From Macrostomum hystrix (lineage: Eukaryota > Animalia > Platyhelminthes), in assembly GCA_950097015.1 (NCBI GenBank), contig CATNEN010000039.1, positions 18,042,001 to 18,106,000 on the forward strand: a stretch of 64,000 bases of DNA. Direction: 5' to 3'. The translations under genes were made by a program, and so were the position numbers. Every line of letters starts with the position of its first letter. Positions within the stretch are counted from its first letter, which is position 1. Below, piece by piece: positions 1 through 14,309 of this stretch. Under the pieces are notes generated by a model that was not told the DNA's origin, searched no databases, and was given only the letters and a program-made list of their open reading frames with translations.

Positions 1-3000
1 GCACCTGCTGGCTCGCATCGAACACGAAGCCGACGCAGCCGCCGCCGATGCCGCCGACTGTCCGGAGGTGCAGCCGGCACTGCTGGTTAAACTGGGCGTG
101 CCGTGGGACTCTGCTAGCCGGCTGGCTTTCACCTTCACTCTAGGCACACACAGCGAGTCCGCTGCTGATGGCAGCGCGCAGGTAGCTTTCGTCACATTAT
201 AATCCCTTGGCTGCCTCACTTTCTGCCCCTATTAGTTCTCTCCTCCAATTCTACCCCTGCGAATTCTTCCCTCCTCTGATCCTATCCCCTTTAGCTCGAT
301 TCTACCCCCTCCGATTCTGCCCCTGTCACTTCTTTCCCCTCCGATTCTACCCCTGTTAATTCTTCCCCCTCTGATTCTACCCCTGTCAGTTCTTCGCCTC
401 CTATTCTGCCACTGTCACTTCTTTCCCCTCCGATTCTACCCATGTCAGTTCTTCCCCTCCGATTCTGCCCCTGTCAGATCTTCCCCACTGATTCTACCCC
501 TCTCAGTTCTTCCCCCTCTGGTTCTACCCCTGTCACTTCTTCCCCCCCTGGTTCTACCCCGTGTCAATACTTCCCCAAATAATGCTACACCCATTTTTCC
601 CCTCTGTTTCTACCCCTGTCAGTTCTCCCTCCAATGGTTCTACACCCGTTATTTCATCCCTCTTGGTTTCTACCCCTGTCATTTCCCCCCTTAGATTCTA
701 CCCGTCAGTTCTTCCCACCCGGTTCTACTTTGTTATTTTTCTTTCGCCAATGATTCTTCCCTGTCAGTTCTATCCCCTCCGATTCTGCCTAGTCATTTTT
801 TGCCACCTATGATTCTACCTATCAGTTTTACCCTATCCATGGATTCTACCCCTGTAAATTCTCCCCCTCAATTCTACCCCCGTCAGTTCTGCCCCCCTGA
901 TTCTACACCTGTCAGTTCTCCTCCTCTCCGTTTTTTCTCCCCATTTCTACCCCATGTGAGCTCTACTCCAGCTCAGTTATCCCACCTAACGCCTTCTCCC
1001 AACGCCGCCGCCAGGCCCAGCAGGAAGAAGAGGAGTCCACTCGTCGGCTCAGCCGCTACGGCGTTCACTTCTACGATCCGCGCGACTCGACCGCCACCTT
1101 TGCGCTGCGGCCGCCGCAGTCCGGCGCCTACCGCCTGATTCTCTACGCCAAAGAGGTCGACACGGGCGACGCTGCGACAGCTCCGGCCAAGGACCAGCTG
1201 GTTTTCGGCGCAGTCTGTGAGTACCGCCTGGACGCTGTGGTCCGATCTACTGCTCCGCGAGTTGAACCGTTTCCAATGTGTCAGAATACCAGCTACGGAC
1301 CGAATGAGGCTAATCTAAAGTACAAACTTAGCGCCATGAATCCCAACGAGGATTTACCGCTGTTTACTACTAGCAGTCTGGCTGAGGATGTCATGCTCAA
1401 GGTGAGAGCCCGCTTTCGTACTGGCTATAGATCTTAAAGTCTATATAAGATAATACTCAGTTCTTCTGCTACTTATTTCGATCGATATTGATTCGATAAT
1501 CCCTATCTCACATCGGCTACTAATCCATTTAATCTGGATTCGATAATCCCTATCTCACATCGGCTACTATTCCATTTTATCTGGATTCGATAATCCCTAT
1601 CTCACATTGGCTACTAATCCATTTTATCTGGATTCGATAATCCCTATCTCACATCGGCTACTAATCCATTTTATCTGGATTCGATAATCCCTATCTCACA
1701 TTGGCTACTAATCCATTTTATCTGGATTCGATGATCCCTATCTCACATCGGCTACTAATCCATTTTATCTGGATTCGATAATCCCTATCTCACATCGGCT
1801 ACTAATCCATTTTATCTGGATTCGATGATCCCTATCTCACATCGGCTACTAATCCATTTCATCTGGATTCGATGATCCCTATCTCACATCGGCTACTAAT
1901 CCATTTCATCTGGATTCGATAATCCCTATCTCACATCGGCTACTAATCCATTTCATCTGGATTCGATAATCCCTATCTCACATCGGCTACTAATCCATTT
2001 TATCTGGATTCGATGATCCCTATCTCACATCGGCTACTAATCCATTTCATCTGGATTCGATAATCCCTATCTCACATCGGCTACTAATCCATTTCATCTG
2101 GATTCGATGATCCCTATCTCACATCGGCTACTAATCCATTTTATCTGGATTCGATGATCCCTATCTCACATCGGCTACTAATCTGGATCCTCAGGTGCCA
2201 GGCCATGATGCCGACCGTCTGCGCTTCATGGTGAAGCTGAAGTCGCCTCACCAGTCCGAGCCGCTCGAGTCCGCCTGCGTCAGCCGCGTTGTGCAAGCCC
2301 AGCTGCTCATCAGGCCGCTGCCGCCTTCGCCCGGCCTCTACGGCCTCGAGGTGTACGCCAACCGGTCTGGCTCCGACGGTGACAAATTGTTCCTGGTTTA
2401 CCAGCTGCTGCTGGCCCACCGCGGCCCGGGAGCTATTCCACTGCCGCAGGCGCCTGGCAGTCTGGGACCATCGGCTAAGGGACAAGTATGCCTGACTGTC
2501 TATCTACCGACTGCCTGTCTGTATTTCTGTCCTGGGTGTCTTGTCTGTTTGTCCTGGGTGTCTTGTCTGTTTTTCCTGGGTGTCTTGTCTGTTTGTCCTG
2601 GGTATCTGTCTGTCCTGGGTGTCTTGTCTGTTTGTCCTGGGTATCTGTCTGTCCTGGGTGTCTTGTCTGTTTGTCCTGGGTATCTGTCTGTCCTGGGTGT
2701 CTTGTCTGTTTGTCCTGGGTATCTGTCTGTCCTGGGTGTCTCTATGTCCTGGGTGTCTATGTCCTGGGTGTCTCTGTGTCCTGGGTGTCTCTGTGTCCTG
2801 GGTGTCTCTATGTCCTGGGTGTCTGTGTCCTGGGTGTCTCTGTGTCCTGGGTGTCTCTGTGTCCTGGGTGTCTCTATGTCCTAGGTGTCTGTCTGTCCTA
2901 GGTGTCTGTCTGTCCTGGGCTTCTGTCTGTCTGTCCTGGGTGTCTGTCTGTCCTTGGGTGTCTGTCTATCCTGGGTGTCTGTCTGTCTGTCCTGGGTGTC

Positions 3001-3730
3001 TGCTTGTCTGTCCTGACTGTCAGTCAGTCCCCTGACACCCAGTCTCGCTCATCTCCAGGAGTTGAGCCTAGTTTGCGTGTCGCCAATCGATCCGCTGTGC
3101 ACCCTATCCGAGCCCAACCGCGACCTAGTGGTCGAATTTGTCGCCCGCGGCCCCAAGCTGCGCCTGACATCCCAGCTGACCCGCCTAGACAGCCAGCAGC
3201 AGCAGCAGCAGCAAAACGGTGACAGTGTGCTGCAGCAGGCCATCCCAGATCAGCCCAATCGCTACAGCTTCACCCTGAGCCCGACATCAGCTGGCTGGCA
3301 CCGCCTGGTTGTCTTCGGCATGCCCGCAGGCCAGTCGGGGGAGAATTTTCCCAATCTCTACTCCCTGCTGGTGCTGGTGACGCCGAACGCGCTGCGTCAA
3401 GCGGGCGCCCAGTCGCAACTGTTTCCTCAACAGTTTGCCCAGTGGAAGGATGGCTGCGCCCTGCGTCAGCCGACTCGCTGGCAGCTGACTCCTTCGGCCA
3501 CGCCCGACGGCTACCTGCCGTTCGATTTGCGCATACCGAAGGCGCGCGCCGTCGCCATCGTCTGCCAGAACGACTGGACCCAGCTGACTGAGTCCTCCGA
3601 AGGCAGCGGAGACTGGCACGGCCGGGCTCATCTGGGCCGATTCGGGCCGGGTAGCACCGTGTCCGTGTGCGCCAACTTCGGCGGTCCGGCTGCCAACTAC
3701 AGCACACTGCTGGAGTACCGCATCGGCTGA
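1..3730 (+). CDS. 3' part of a multi-exon gene encoding tandem Ig-like beta-sandwich domains, hillarin / kyphoscoliosis peptidase (KY) / LTD-1-like
   Basis: Four phase-0 exons joined by GT-AG: <1..181, 1015..1401, 2195..2485, 3059..3730 (TGA); AATAAA at 3788. Repeated motifs of the type P..G.Y.L..YA ([39 protein letters not shown]) and C-terminal YSTLLEYRI resemble the Ig-like repeats of that family. The transglutaminase-like core would lie upstream of the window. Confidence 0.65.
215..960. repeat. degenerate pyrimidine-rich ~30-bp intronic minisatellite (TTCTACCCCTGTCAGTTCTTCCCC...)
   Basis: Imperfect tandem copies fill intron 1; they account for spurious ORFs 561..812 and 800..1138. Confidence 0.85.
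1490..2190. repeat. 47-bp minisatellite (GATTCGATAATCCCTATCTCACATCGGCTACTAATCCATTTTATCTG), ~15 copies
   Basis: Tandem array read directly, in intron 2, running up to the splice acceptor. Confidence 0.95.
2500..3020. repeat. GTCCTGGGTGTCT-type low-complexity minisatellite
   Basis: Tandem degenerate units fill intron 3. Confidence 0.9.
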
Positions 3731-3884
3731 TCCGCCAGGCTGATCCGCCAGGCTACACTCGCGACCGAGTTCTGGATGACTTTATCGAATAAACTTATTC
3801 ATTGTTAACTGCTTTTGGGATTTTTCAATTATTGGATTCCTAAACTAAGAAATTTATGGGATTCTAGATGTAGTATTTTTATCT

Positions 3885-4150
3885 AGGATTCTAGTACTAG
3901 TATTTTCAGATTCTGGGATTTCTATATCTAGTATTTTCAGATTCTGGGATTTCTATATCTAGTATTTTCAGATTCTGGGATTTCTATATCTAGTATTTTC
4001 AGATTCTGGAATTTCTATATCTAGTATTTTCAGATTCTGGGATTTCTATATCTAGTATTTTCAGATTCTGGAATTTCTATATCTAGTATTTTCAGATTCT
4101 GGGATTTCTATATCTAGTATTTTCAGATTCTGGGATTTCCAAATCTAGTA
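3885..4150. repeat. 31-bp minisatellite (CTAGTATTTTCAGATTCTGGGATTTCTATAT)
   Basis: About 8 tandem copies. Confidence 0.95.
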
Positions 4151-4807
4151 AAATCTAGTATTTAAAAACTGACAATCTAGATTTGGGTTTTTCATGAAGA
4201 GATTCAGTAAGTAGTTTATTTGATTCGTATGTTTTGATTAAAAAATTTTAAAACTCATTATATAATACAGACTTTGATTTGCACGTCGCTGTTTTCAAAT
4301 CACGCTACTTACATATCAGTAGTCAGCTGATGCTTGGCTATTAAAGTAGTAAATACCTGTAATTTTTGCTGCAACCTAACACAATCGGACATTTTGTGCA
4401 TGAATTTTGTTATTTGAATAGAATGAATTTCTAAAAGACTAAATTTTTTGTAATTTACGAGTTTTCTTAGAAAAACACAGTTTATTATTTTCTGTCGCGT
4501 TTTTTCAATAACAAAGCCTTCAATTTACAAGTACAACTCGCCACCAGTGAAAGCAGCCATTAAGGATGTCCTGGAATTCCAACACATTACATTCGTCTTC
4601 CCAGTCATTTTAGTGCTTTGTTTTGGCCCATTTTATATTTTCCTGTTTGCTTTTCTCTTAAAGTACATTTCGATTACTCCTTATTCCTCTAGCACTGTTC
4701 TGTTGTGTTATATGCCTTTGTTAGCGCATTGAAAAACTTCGCAGTAAAAAATTGTAATAACTAGTTTTAAATCATATTATTTAAAACTAATATTCTTCTT
4801 TCATTAT

Positions 4808-5511
4808 AAGATGTAAACTACGAGACGCAGATTACAAGATATAAACTACAAGACGAAGATTACCGGATGTAAACTACGAGACGTAGATTACAGGATATAA
4901 ACTACGAGACGTAGATTACAGGATATAAACTACGAGACGTAGATTACAGGATGTCAACTACACGACGTAGATTACAGGATATAAACTACGAGACGTAGAT
5001 TACAGGATATAAACTACGAGACGTAGATTACAGGATGTCAACTACACGAAGTAGATTACAGGATGTAAACTACGAGACGTAGATTACAGGATATAAACTA
5101 CAACACGTAGATTACAGGATATAAACTACGAGACGTAGATTACAGGATATAAACTACGAGACGTAGATTACAGGATATAAACTACGAGACGTAGATTACA
5201 GGATATAAACTACGAGACGTAGATTACAGGATATAAACTACGAAACGTAGATTACAAGATATAAACTACAAGACGTAGATTACAGGATGTAAACTACAAG
5301 ACGTAGATTACAGGATATAAACTACAAGACGTAGATTAAAGGATATAAACTACGAGACGTAGATTACAGGATATAAACTACGAGACGTAGAATACAGGAT
5401 GTAAACTTCAAGACGTAGATTACAGGATATAAACTACGAGACGTAGATTACAGGATGTCAACTACACGACGTAGACTTCAGGATGTAATCAGGATATAAG
5501 CTACGAGACGT
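4808..5511. repeat. 28-bp minisatellite (GGATATAAACTACGAGACGTAGATTACA)
   Basis: About 25 tandem copies. Confidence 0.95.
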
Positions 5512-5959
5512 AAAAAAAACAAAAAAATTGCCTAATTGAATGTAGTAATTCAATTGCGAAATTTTTGCTGATGCAGTATCGTTCTTATGTTGCTTTTTTC
5601 TAAAATGCCTTTAACAAGCCTTGAGTTAGATTTTTGATTAACAATATATCTCTAGCTTAGAAAAGTTGAGCAAAAATTTATTTAAAGCTCTGTGTCAGTG
5701 GATGCAATCGTTTGTTTCTTGTTATCCTGTACTGTCTGTCTCACGCGCTATGAAAATCACTAATATGTACCACTCTATTTACTAAAATTATACACATATT
5801 TAGCTACAGCTAATTTATTAACACTACAGAATATACACTAAAAAACAATATCACATTCATCTAAGCCCACAATATTCACACATCTCTTCCATTTTGACAA
5901 TAAAAATTCATCTTTCTGCGCTTTTCATTGTGTGAATTATTTTATTTAAATATGTGGTA

Positions 5960-8900
5960 AATACAGAATCCCAACTGATCTGTGTTAGATACAGAATCCC
6001 ATCTGATCTGTGTTAGATACAAAATCCCAACTGATCTGAGTTAGATACAGAATCCCATCTGATCTGTGTTAGATACAGAATCCCATCTGATCTGTGTTAG
6101 ATACAAAATCCCAACTGATCTGAGTTAGATACAGAATCCCATCTGATCTGTGTTAGATACAGAATCCCATCTGATCTGTGTTAGATACAGAATCCAATCT
6201 GATCTGTGTTAGATACAGAATCCCATCTGATCTGTGTTAGATACAAAATCCCAACTGATCTGAGTTAGATACAGAATCCCATCTGATCTGTGTTAGATAC
6301 AGAATCCCATCTGATCTGTGTTAGATACAAAATCCCAACTGATCTGAGTTAGATACAGAATCCCATCTGATCTGTGTTAGATACAGAATCCCATCTGATC
6401 TGTGTTAGATACAGAATCCCATCCGATCTGTGTTAGATACAGAATCCCATCTGATCTGTGTTAGATACAGAATCCCATCTGATCTGTGTTAGATACAGAA
6501 TCCCATCTGATCTGTGTTAGATACAGAATCCCATCTGATCTGTGTTAGATACAGAATCCCAACTGATCTGTGTTAGATACAGAATCCCATCCGATCTGTG
6601 TTAGATACAGAATCCCATCCGATCTGTGTTAGATACAGAATCCAATCTGATCTGTGTTAGATACAGAATCCCAACTGATCTGTGTTAGATACAGAACCCC
6701 ATCTGATCTGTGTTAGATACAGAATCCCAACTGATCTGTGTTAGATACAGAATCCCATCTGATCTGTGTTAGATACAGAATCCCATCTGATCTGTGTTAG
6801 ATACAGAATCCCATCTGATCTGTGTTTGATACAGAATCCCATCTGATCTGTGTTAGATACAGAATCCAATCTGATCTGTGTTAGATACAGAACCCCATCT
6901 GATCTGTGTTAGATACAGAATCCCAACTGATCTGTGTTAGATACAGAATCCAATCTGATCTGTGTTAGATACAGAACCCCATCTGATCTGTGTTAGATAC
7001 AGAATCCCAACTGATCTGTGTTAGATACAGAATCCCATCCGATCTGTGTTAGATACAGAATCCAATCTGATCTGTGTTAGATACAGAATCCCAACTGATC
7101 TGTGTTAGATACAGAACCCCATCTGATCTGTGTTAGATACAGAATCCCAACTGATCTGTGTTAGATACAGAATCCCATCTGATCTGTGTTAGATACAGAA
7201 TCCCATCTGATCTGTGTTAGATACAGAATCCCATCTGATCTGTGTTTGATACAGAATCCCATCTGATCTGTGTTAGATACAGAATCCAATCTGATCTGTG
7301 TTAGATACAGAACCCCATCTGATCTGTGTTAGATACAGAATCCCAACTGATCTGTGTTAGATACAGAATCCCATCTGATCTGTGTTAGATACAGAACCCC
7401 ATCTGATCTGTGTTAGATACAGAATCCCAACTGATCTGTGTTAGATACAGAATCCCATCTGATCTGTGTTAGATACAGAATCCCATCTGATCTGTGTTAG
7501 ATACAGAATCCCATCTGATCTGTGTTTGATACAGAATCCCATCTGATCTGTGTTAGATACAGAATCCAATCTGATCTGTGTTAGATACAGAACCCCATCT
7601 GATCTGTGTTAGATACAGAATCCCAACTGATCTGTGTTAGATACAGAATCCCAACTGATCTGTGTTAGATACAGAATCCCATCCGATCTGTGTTAGATAC
7701 AGAATCCCATATGATCTGTGTTAGATACAGAATCCCATATGATCTGTTTTAGATACAGAATCCCATCTGATCTGTGTTAGATACAGAATCCCATCCGATC
7801 TGTGTTAGATACAGAATCCCAACTGATCTGTGTTAGATACAGAATCCCATCTGATCTGTGTTAGATACAGAATCCCATCTGATCTGTGTTTGATACAGAA
7901 TCCCATCTGATCTGTGTTAGATACAGAATCCAATCTGATCTGTGTTAGATACAGAACCCCATCTGATCTGTGTTAGATACAGAATCCCAACTGATCTGTG
8001 TTAGATACAGAATCCCAACTGATCTGTGTTAGATACAGAATCCCATCCGATCTGTGTTAGATACAGAATCCCATATGATCTGTGTTAGATACAGAATCCC
8101 ATATGATCTGTTTTAGATACAGAATCCCATCTGATCTGTGTTAGATACAGAATCCCATCTGATCTGTGTTAGATACAGAATCCCATCTGATCTGTGTTAG
8201 ATACAGAATCCCAACTGATCTGTGTTAGATACAGAATCCAATCTGATCTGTGTTAGATACAGAACCCCATCTGATCTGTGTTAGATACAGAATCCCAACT
8301 GATCTGTGTTAGATACAGAATCCCATCTGATCTGTGTTTGATACAGAATCCCATCTGATCTGTGTTAGATACAGAATCCAATCTGATCTGTGTTAGATAC
8401 AGAACCCCATCTGATCTGTGTTAGATACAGAATCCCATCTGATCTGTGTTAGATACAGAATCCCATCTGATCTGTGTTTGATACAGAATCCCATCTGATC
8501 TGTGTTAGATACAGAATCCAATCTGATCTGTGTTAGATACAGAACCCCATCTGATCTGTGTTAGATACAGAATCCCAACTGATCTGTGTTAGATACAGAA
8601 TCCCATCTGATCTGTGTTAGATACAGAATCCCAACTGATCTGTGTTAGATACAGAATCCAATCTGATCTGTGTTAGATACAGAACCCCATCTGATCTGTG
8701 TTAGATACAGAATCCCATCTGATCTGTGTTAGATACAGAATCCCAACTGATCTGTGTTAGATACAGAATCCAATCTGATCTGTGTTAGATACAGAATCCC
8801 ATCTGATCTGTGTTAGATACAGAATCCCAACTGATCTGTGTTAGATACAGAATCCCATCTGATCTGTGTTTGATACAGAATCCCATCTGATCTGTGTTAG

Positions 8901-10028
8901 ATACAGAATCCAATCTGATCTGTGTTAGATACAGAACCCCATCTGATCTGTGTTAGATACAGAATCCCAACTGATCTGTGTTAGATACAGAATCCCAACT
9001 GATCTGTGTTAGATACAGAATCCCATCTGATCTGTGTTAGATACAGAATCCCATCTGATCTGTGTTTGATACAGAATCCCATCTGATCTGTGTTAGATAC
9101 AGAATCCCATCCGATCTGTGTTAGATACAGAATCCCATCTGATCTGTGTTAGATACAGAATCCCATCTGATCTGTGTTAGATACAGAATCCCATCTGATC
9201 TGTGTTAGATACAGAATCCCAACTGATCTGTGTTAGATACAGAATCCCAACTGATCTGTGTTAGATACAGAATCCCATCTGATCTGTGTTAGATACAGAA
9301 TCCCAACTGATCTGTGTTAGATACAGAATCCCATCTGATCTGTGTTAGATACAGAATCCCATCTGATCTGTGTTAGATACAGAATCCCATCTGATCTGTG
9401 TTTGATACAGAATCCCAACTGATCTGTGTTAGATACAGAATCCCATCTGATCTGTGTTAGATACAGAATCCCATCTGATCTGTGTTAGATACAGAATCCC
9501 ATATGATCTGTGTTAGATACAGAATCCCATATGATCTGTTTTAGATACAGAATCCCATCTGATCTGTGTTAGATACAGAATCCCATCCGATCTGTGTTAG
9601 ATACAGAATCCCATCTGATCTGTGTTAGATACAGAATCCCATCTGATCTGTGTTAGATACAGAATCCCATCTGATCTGTGTTAGATACAGAATCCCAACT
9701 GATCTGTGTTAGATACAGAATCCCAACTGATCTGTGTTAGATACAGAATCCCATCTGATCTGTGTTAGATACAGAATCCCAACTGATCTGTGTTAGATAC
9801 AGAATCCCATCTGATCTGTGTTAGATACAGAATCCCATCTGATCTGTGTTAGATACAGAATCCCATCTGATCTGTGTTAGATACAGAATCCCATCTGATC
9901 TGTGTTAGATACAGAATCCCATCTGATCTGTGTTAGATACAGAACCCCATCTGATCTGTGTTAGATACAGAATCCCATCTGATCTGTGTTAGATACAGAA
10001 TCCCATCTGATCTGTGTTAGATATAGAA
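5960..10028. repeat. ~4-kb 28-bp satellite (AGATACAGAATCCCATCTGATCTGTGTT), ~145 copies with higher-order structure
   Basis: Head-to-tail array with no spacers; variant units recur in ordered blocks. Confidence 0.97.
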
Positions 10029-10289
10029 TTCTATCAGAAAAAAATAGATAACATTATAAAAACAAAGCTGATAATTATAGTGACGTGTATATTTAACTAG
10101 TTTTTTTGCCCTATTATGCATAATTGCTTAATTAAAATTCTGACTATTTCTTTCAATTAGCTTTTTAAATGAGTGTTCTGTTTCATATTAACAAAAAATT
10201 ATTCGAGTGACATTTGAAAACTTATTTAAGGAGCATAAACAACTTCTGTCTAGGTAATTAATCGGCCCCTAGCAACTAACTCGAAGGGC

Positions 10290-13200
10290 CTACTTCTCCG
10301 GATGTTTGCACAGGTGGCAGCGGGCCATCTCCTCGTCGTACTCCTCCAGTTGAATGGTGACCTCGCTGATTTTGAATTGTTGCCTAATAAGGCGCCGCGC
10401 CTCGCGTAGAATTCGCTGGCCCCTTGCTTCGTAAGCCGGGTCTGAAATCGATAAATTAGATGATTTTTAACGAATGTCCGCAATAGTCTACTGCGAGTAG
10501 AGCTATCAGAAAATACAATCCAGCATAACCGTTTCCACTTGCCAATAGCGAGGTGGGCGGACAGAGCCGTCCTGGTGGTGGTGAGGCTCCACATTCGAAG
10601 GCTGTGCACATCCTTGACGCCATCGATGTCGCTCAGCGTGGCAGCCACCTGGGCGAAGTCAATGCCCTGCGGCGTGCCCTCCATCAGGATGTTCATGGCG
10701 TCCTTCAGGATCGTGATGGTGGTGAACAGGACGAGCACGGAGAAGATGAATGTGCAGATAGGATCAGCCAGCTTGTAGTTTGGCTGCAATGATTGCGGAT
10801 GAACCAAGACTGAATGGATTGATCATAATAAAGGATTGATTGATAAGAATCGATAACACCTTGCTTAGATTGATAAGTGCTTGTTAATTTGTCTAACTTG
10901 CTGTCTTAAAGTTGATTAATTAGCACCTCAATATAGATGACAATGGCGGCAATCATGACGCCGACACTCTGGATCAGGTCCCCAATGACATGAATGAAAG
11001 CCGCCCGGACATTCAAATTGTGACTGTGGCCGTCCTCCTTGTGCTGGTCCTCCTCGCCGCGTTCAGCCGCGTCGCCGGCGGCTGCGGCGGCGGCTGACAC
11101 GCCGCTGACGGGCGTGCTGGCGCCCGAGCTCGGCTCCGTGTGCGTCGGCGTCCTGCCAGCGCCGGCGTCGTCGTGCGAATGCGAAGAGCCGCCGCCGTGG
11201 GTGTGGCCGTGCTGGTGCAACGTTACCGCCATGCTGGCATGCATCAATGGGGAGAAACAGTCTGAGCTGGGATTCTGCAGCCTGAAGAACTGATCCTTAG
11301 GTTTCTGGGGATCTGACGAAGAAAGAGTGTTAGGATCTGATGGAACAGGGATTATGGGATCTGATGGAACAGGGGTAATGGGATCTAATGGAACAGGGAT
11401 TATGGGATCTGATGGAACAGGGATTATGGGATCTGATGGAACAGGGATTCTATGGGTCTGATGGAACAGGGATTATAGGATCTGATGGAACAGGGATTCT
11501 ATGTGTCTGATGGAACAGGGATTATGGGATCTGATGGAACAGGGGTAATGGGATCTAATGGAACAGGGATTATGGGATCTGATGGAACAGGGATTATGGG
11601 ATCTGATGGAACAGGGATTCTATGGGTCTGATGGAACAGGGATTATAGGATCTGATGGAACAGGGATTCTATGTGTCTGATGGAACAGGGATTATGGGAT
11701 CTGATGGAACAGGGATTCTATGGGTCTGATGAAACAGGGATTATAGGGATCTGATGAAACAGGGATTATGGGATTTGATGAAACAGGGATTATGGGAACA
11801 GGGTCGCTGGCTGCGGGTCTAGTGTCACTTAATGATGTGCCATGGCCCGCAGCCCTCCTGAAATTATTATCATTATTATTCATTCGGGGTCTAGCCTGCC
11901 GAGAAAGGCTTACAACCTTTAATTCCCAACCCACCCCAAGCTGAATTGCCTCAATTACACAATTATAAAGTGGCCTTACATCATGTTGACCACCACTCCA
12001 ACCGATGACGTAATCAGCATGATCTTTCCGTTCACTTCGAAATTGCGTTGAACCACTCGCTCAACAGCCAGATAGAATAGGACACCTGTGACCACCCAGA
12101 TTAGCAGGACCGAGATAAGGGCTCCCACCACTTCTGCAAAAAACATGTTTATTTTCGACTTAATAATTCAGGTAAATAATGCGTTATTGCATAAACTAAA
12201 AACTATTATTATCGGCCCCTAACCTGCTCTGTGCCAGCCGAAGCTCATTGACTTCGTGGCCGGCCGGGCAGCCAGGTAGATTGCCAACAGGCTGATCATG
12301 AAGCTAGCGAAGTCAGTCAACAGGTGAGCTGCGTCTGTCATGATGGCCAGACTGTTTGCCAATGCGCCACCTGTGTGTGAGGTTTTTTTTATTTTTTTGT
12401 TTATCATTAGACCCGGACTCACTGGACTAATCAAACTCGCTATTCGAGCGTAAATATCGGCCGAAAATTCGAACCAACGACGTATTTAAAAAATTTGGTA
12501 CAATCTGGCCTACCCTGACCGAATCCAGATTCAATTTTTTATGTTAACTAGCCATTTACCCAGGAACGGTGAAAATCGATTGAGCCGTTCGGGAGATTGC
12601 AAAGTCTATTGCAAACAAGATATTAAGCAAGTAAGATTTAGATTTTTTTAATATTTGATTGAAATCATTTTTAGTGTATTAGACTAGCAAAACTAAACCC
12701 CATTTTAAACTCCCGAAGTCTACTGTTACACAGAATATATAAATCTACGCGCATACATTCCCAGCTGAATGATCGGAAGGATTTTGACAATATCGGATCT
12801 GATCTGAATTGTCTCTGAAGGCTACATCAAAGCAATTAACAGCTGAGCATGAGTCTGTATGTGTGTGTCCACCCACTTCCGATAGTTCTTTGAGCTAGTG
12901 GTGATAGTTTTTCAAAACAATTTTCCCGCGTGCCATCTAACCTTCTTCCCTGGTCTATCGCAAGAGCTCGGCGAGATCCAAGCCTCTCAGATCCCGGAAG
13001 TGCGCTCAAAATCCCCTCCAATTTCTCTTCCAAATTTTAAAACGAACGAAAAATAATTTGTTCGATTATTTTTTTCTAAAGCGAACTCAACCAACTCAAC
13101 GAGAATTTTAGTAGTTAAAAATCCGAAAATAGCTGCGATCGATGATGCATTTGGCAGTCATATCAGTGGAGTTTAGTCACTCACCGATAATTTCTCCGGT

Positions 13201-13983
13201 CATGAACACCAGGCACAATGCGCTGGCAACCAACAGTTTTTTTCTGGCATTGACGTCAACCTTTGCCTCCTGTTTCTCTGTGGCACTGTGGCAGTGGTCT
13301 GGAAAGCAATAGTGATTGGATTTGGAGGGGTAGGAGGGAGATGATGCTCATTTTTAATGACCCGGTGAAAAAAGTCAGTTTTTGTCTATGGCTAAGAGGG
13401 AGATCGGTGGCAGAGCAGTTAACGCGTTTGCCTCTCGCATCAATGTCCCTGAGCTTGATTCCACGGCGAGGCCACATTCATTTGGGGCGCAGCCGCGGAT
13501 AGAAGGCTTGGGGGCTTGTCGTGCAATTTACGCGCTTGAGGGCCAACCTCCAAGGCACAGTTAAAGTATACACTACGCCTGAAGATGAGAAAGTCAGGGC
13601 AGGTGTACCCACTCTATGTGAGTGTGTGCTCAGGAGTCTGCTGGCTTCGGGTCTAATGTCACCAAATGCCATTGCTCGCAGCCCTCCTGCAATGATCATT
13701 ATCAGATCATCTATGGCTAAGATATGCATGCTGACATTTTATTTCGTTCTCAAAACGATTCGCTGACTCACTGCTCTGATCAGTTCCAATGGTTTCGTAG
13801 TTCTTGTGGCTGAAATTGGGTTCATCAATATACGGTGTAAAATTGATTGATTTACTATAAATAGTTTCATAGATATTAGGATTTTTTTGGATTTAGAATT
13901 TTTGTCTCGGCTTACCCAGTCGCTTGCATTTCAGTCGACGACGGAATCAAATTGGTCTTGTCCTCCTTGGCCTTGTTGAACAT
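10290..13983 (-). CDS. SLC30A2: Zinc transporter, CDF family, SLC30A2/3/4/8 (ZnT2-like) group
   Basis: Exons 13983-13916, 13809-13772, (13716-13609 optional), 13298-13185, 12370-12224, 12133-11980, 11233-10927, 10783-10543, 10441-10290, with consistent phases. Motifs: N-terminal [25 protein letters not shown], His-rich loop, [33 protein letters not shown] and C-terminal CxxCxxP. Exact orthology not determined. Confidence 0.93.
11325..11803. repeat. 24-bp minisatellite (GGGATCTGATGGAACAGGGATTAT)
   Basis: Tandem array inside a ZnT intron. Confidence 0.95.
13398..13570 (+). mobile_element. tRNA-derived SINE, family B
   Basis: A-box-like TGGCAGAGCAG and degenerate B box; homologous to the inverted copy at 27950-28102 (shared GGCGAGGCCACATTCAT and AAGGCTTGGGGGCTTGTC). 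Confidence 0.65.
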
Positions 13984-14309
13984 TTTCTTACTTTTGACGG
14001 GCTCTTCGCTAATTAGTAGTGTTTTGCTGAATTGGGATCCGCAGTTTGTGGGAAAGCAGTAGGGGAAACTGCAGCAAATCGGCACCAATTTATATTCAGC
14101 TCGCGCAAATCCCAGAACTGCTGCGCGATCGAAGTTCGCTGTTCGCAAAGTTTCGCCGGCGACCAATCGAAAAGTTTGTAGAGCTCTCAGATATTTGAAA
14201 CTCAGAGAGAAAACAGAAAATTAACGACGTCTGCTTTTGGTTTAGCTGTCAAGAAGCAGGCAAGAAGTTGCAATGCTAGAAAAAAAAACTAAAAAATTCC
14301 TAGAGAAGA

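Noticed and set aside
5960-10028. 28-bp repeats (also the 47-bp and 28-bp arrays at 1490 and 4808) as CRISPR arrays
   Set aside because: Units are head-to-tail with no unique spacers, there are no cas genes, and the context is eukaryotic.
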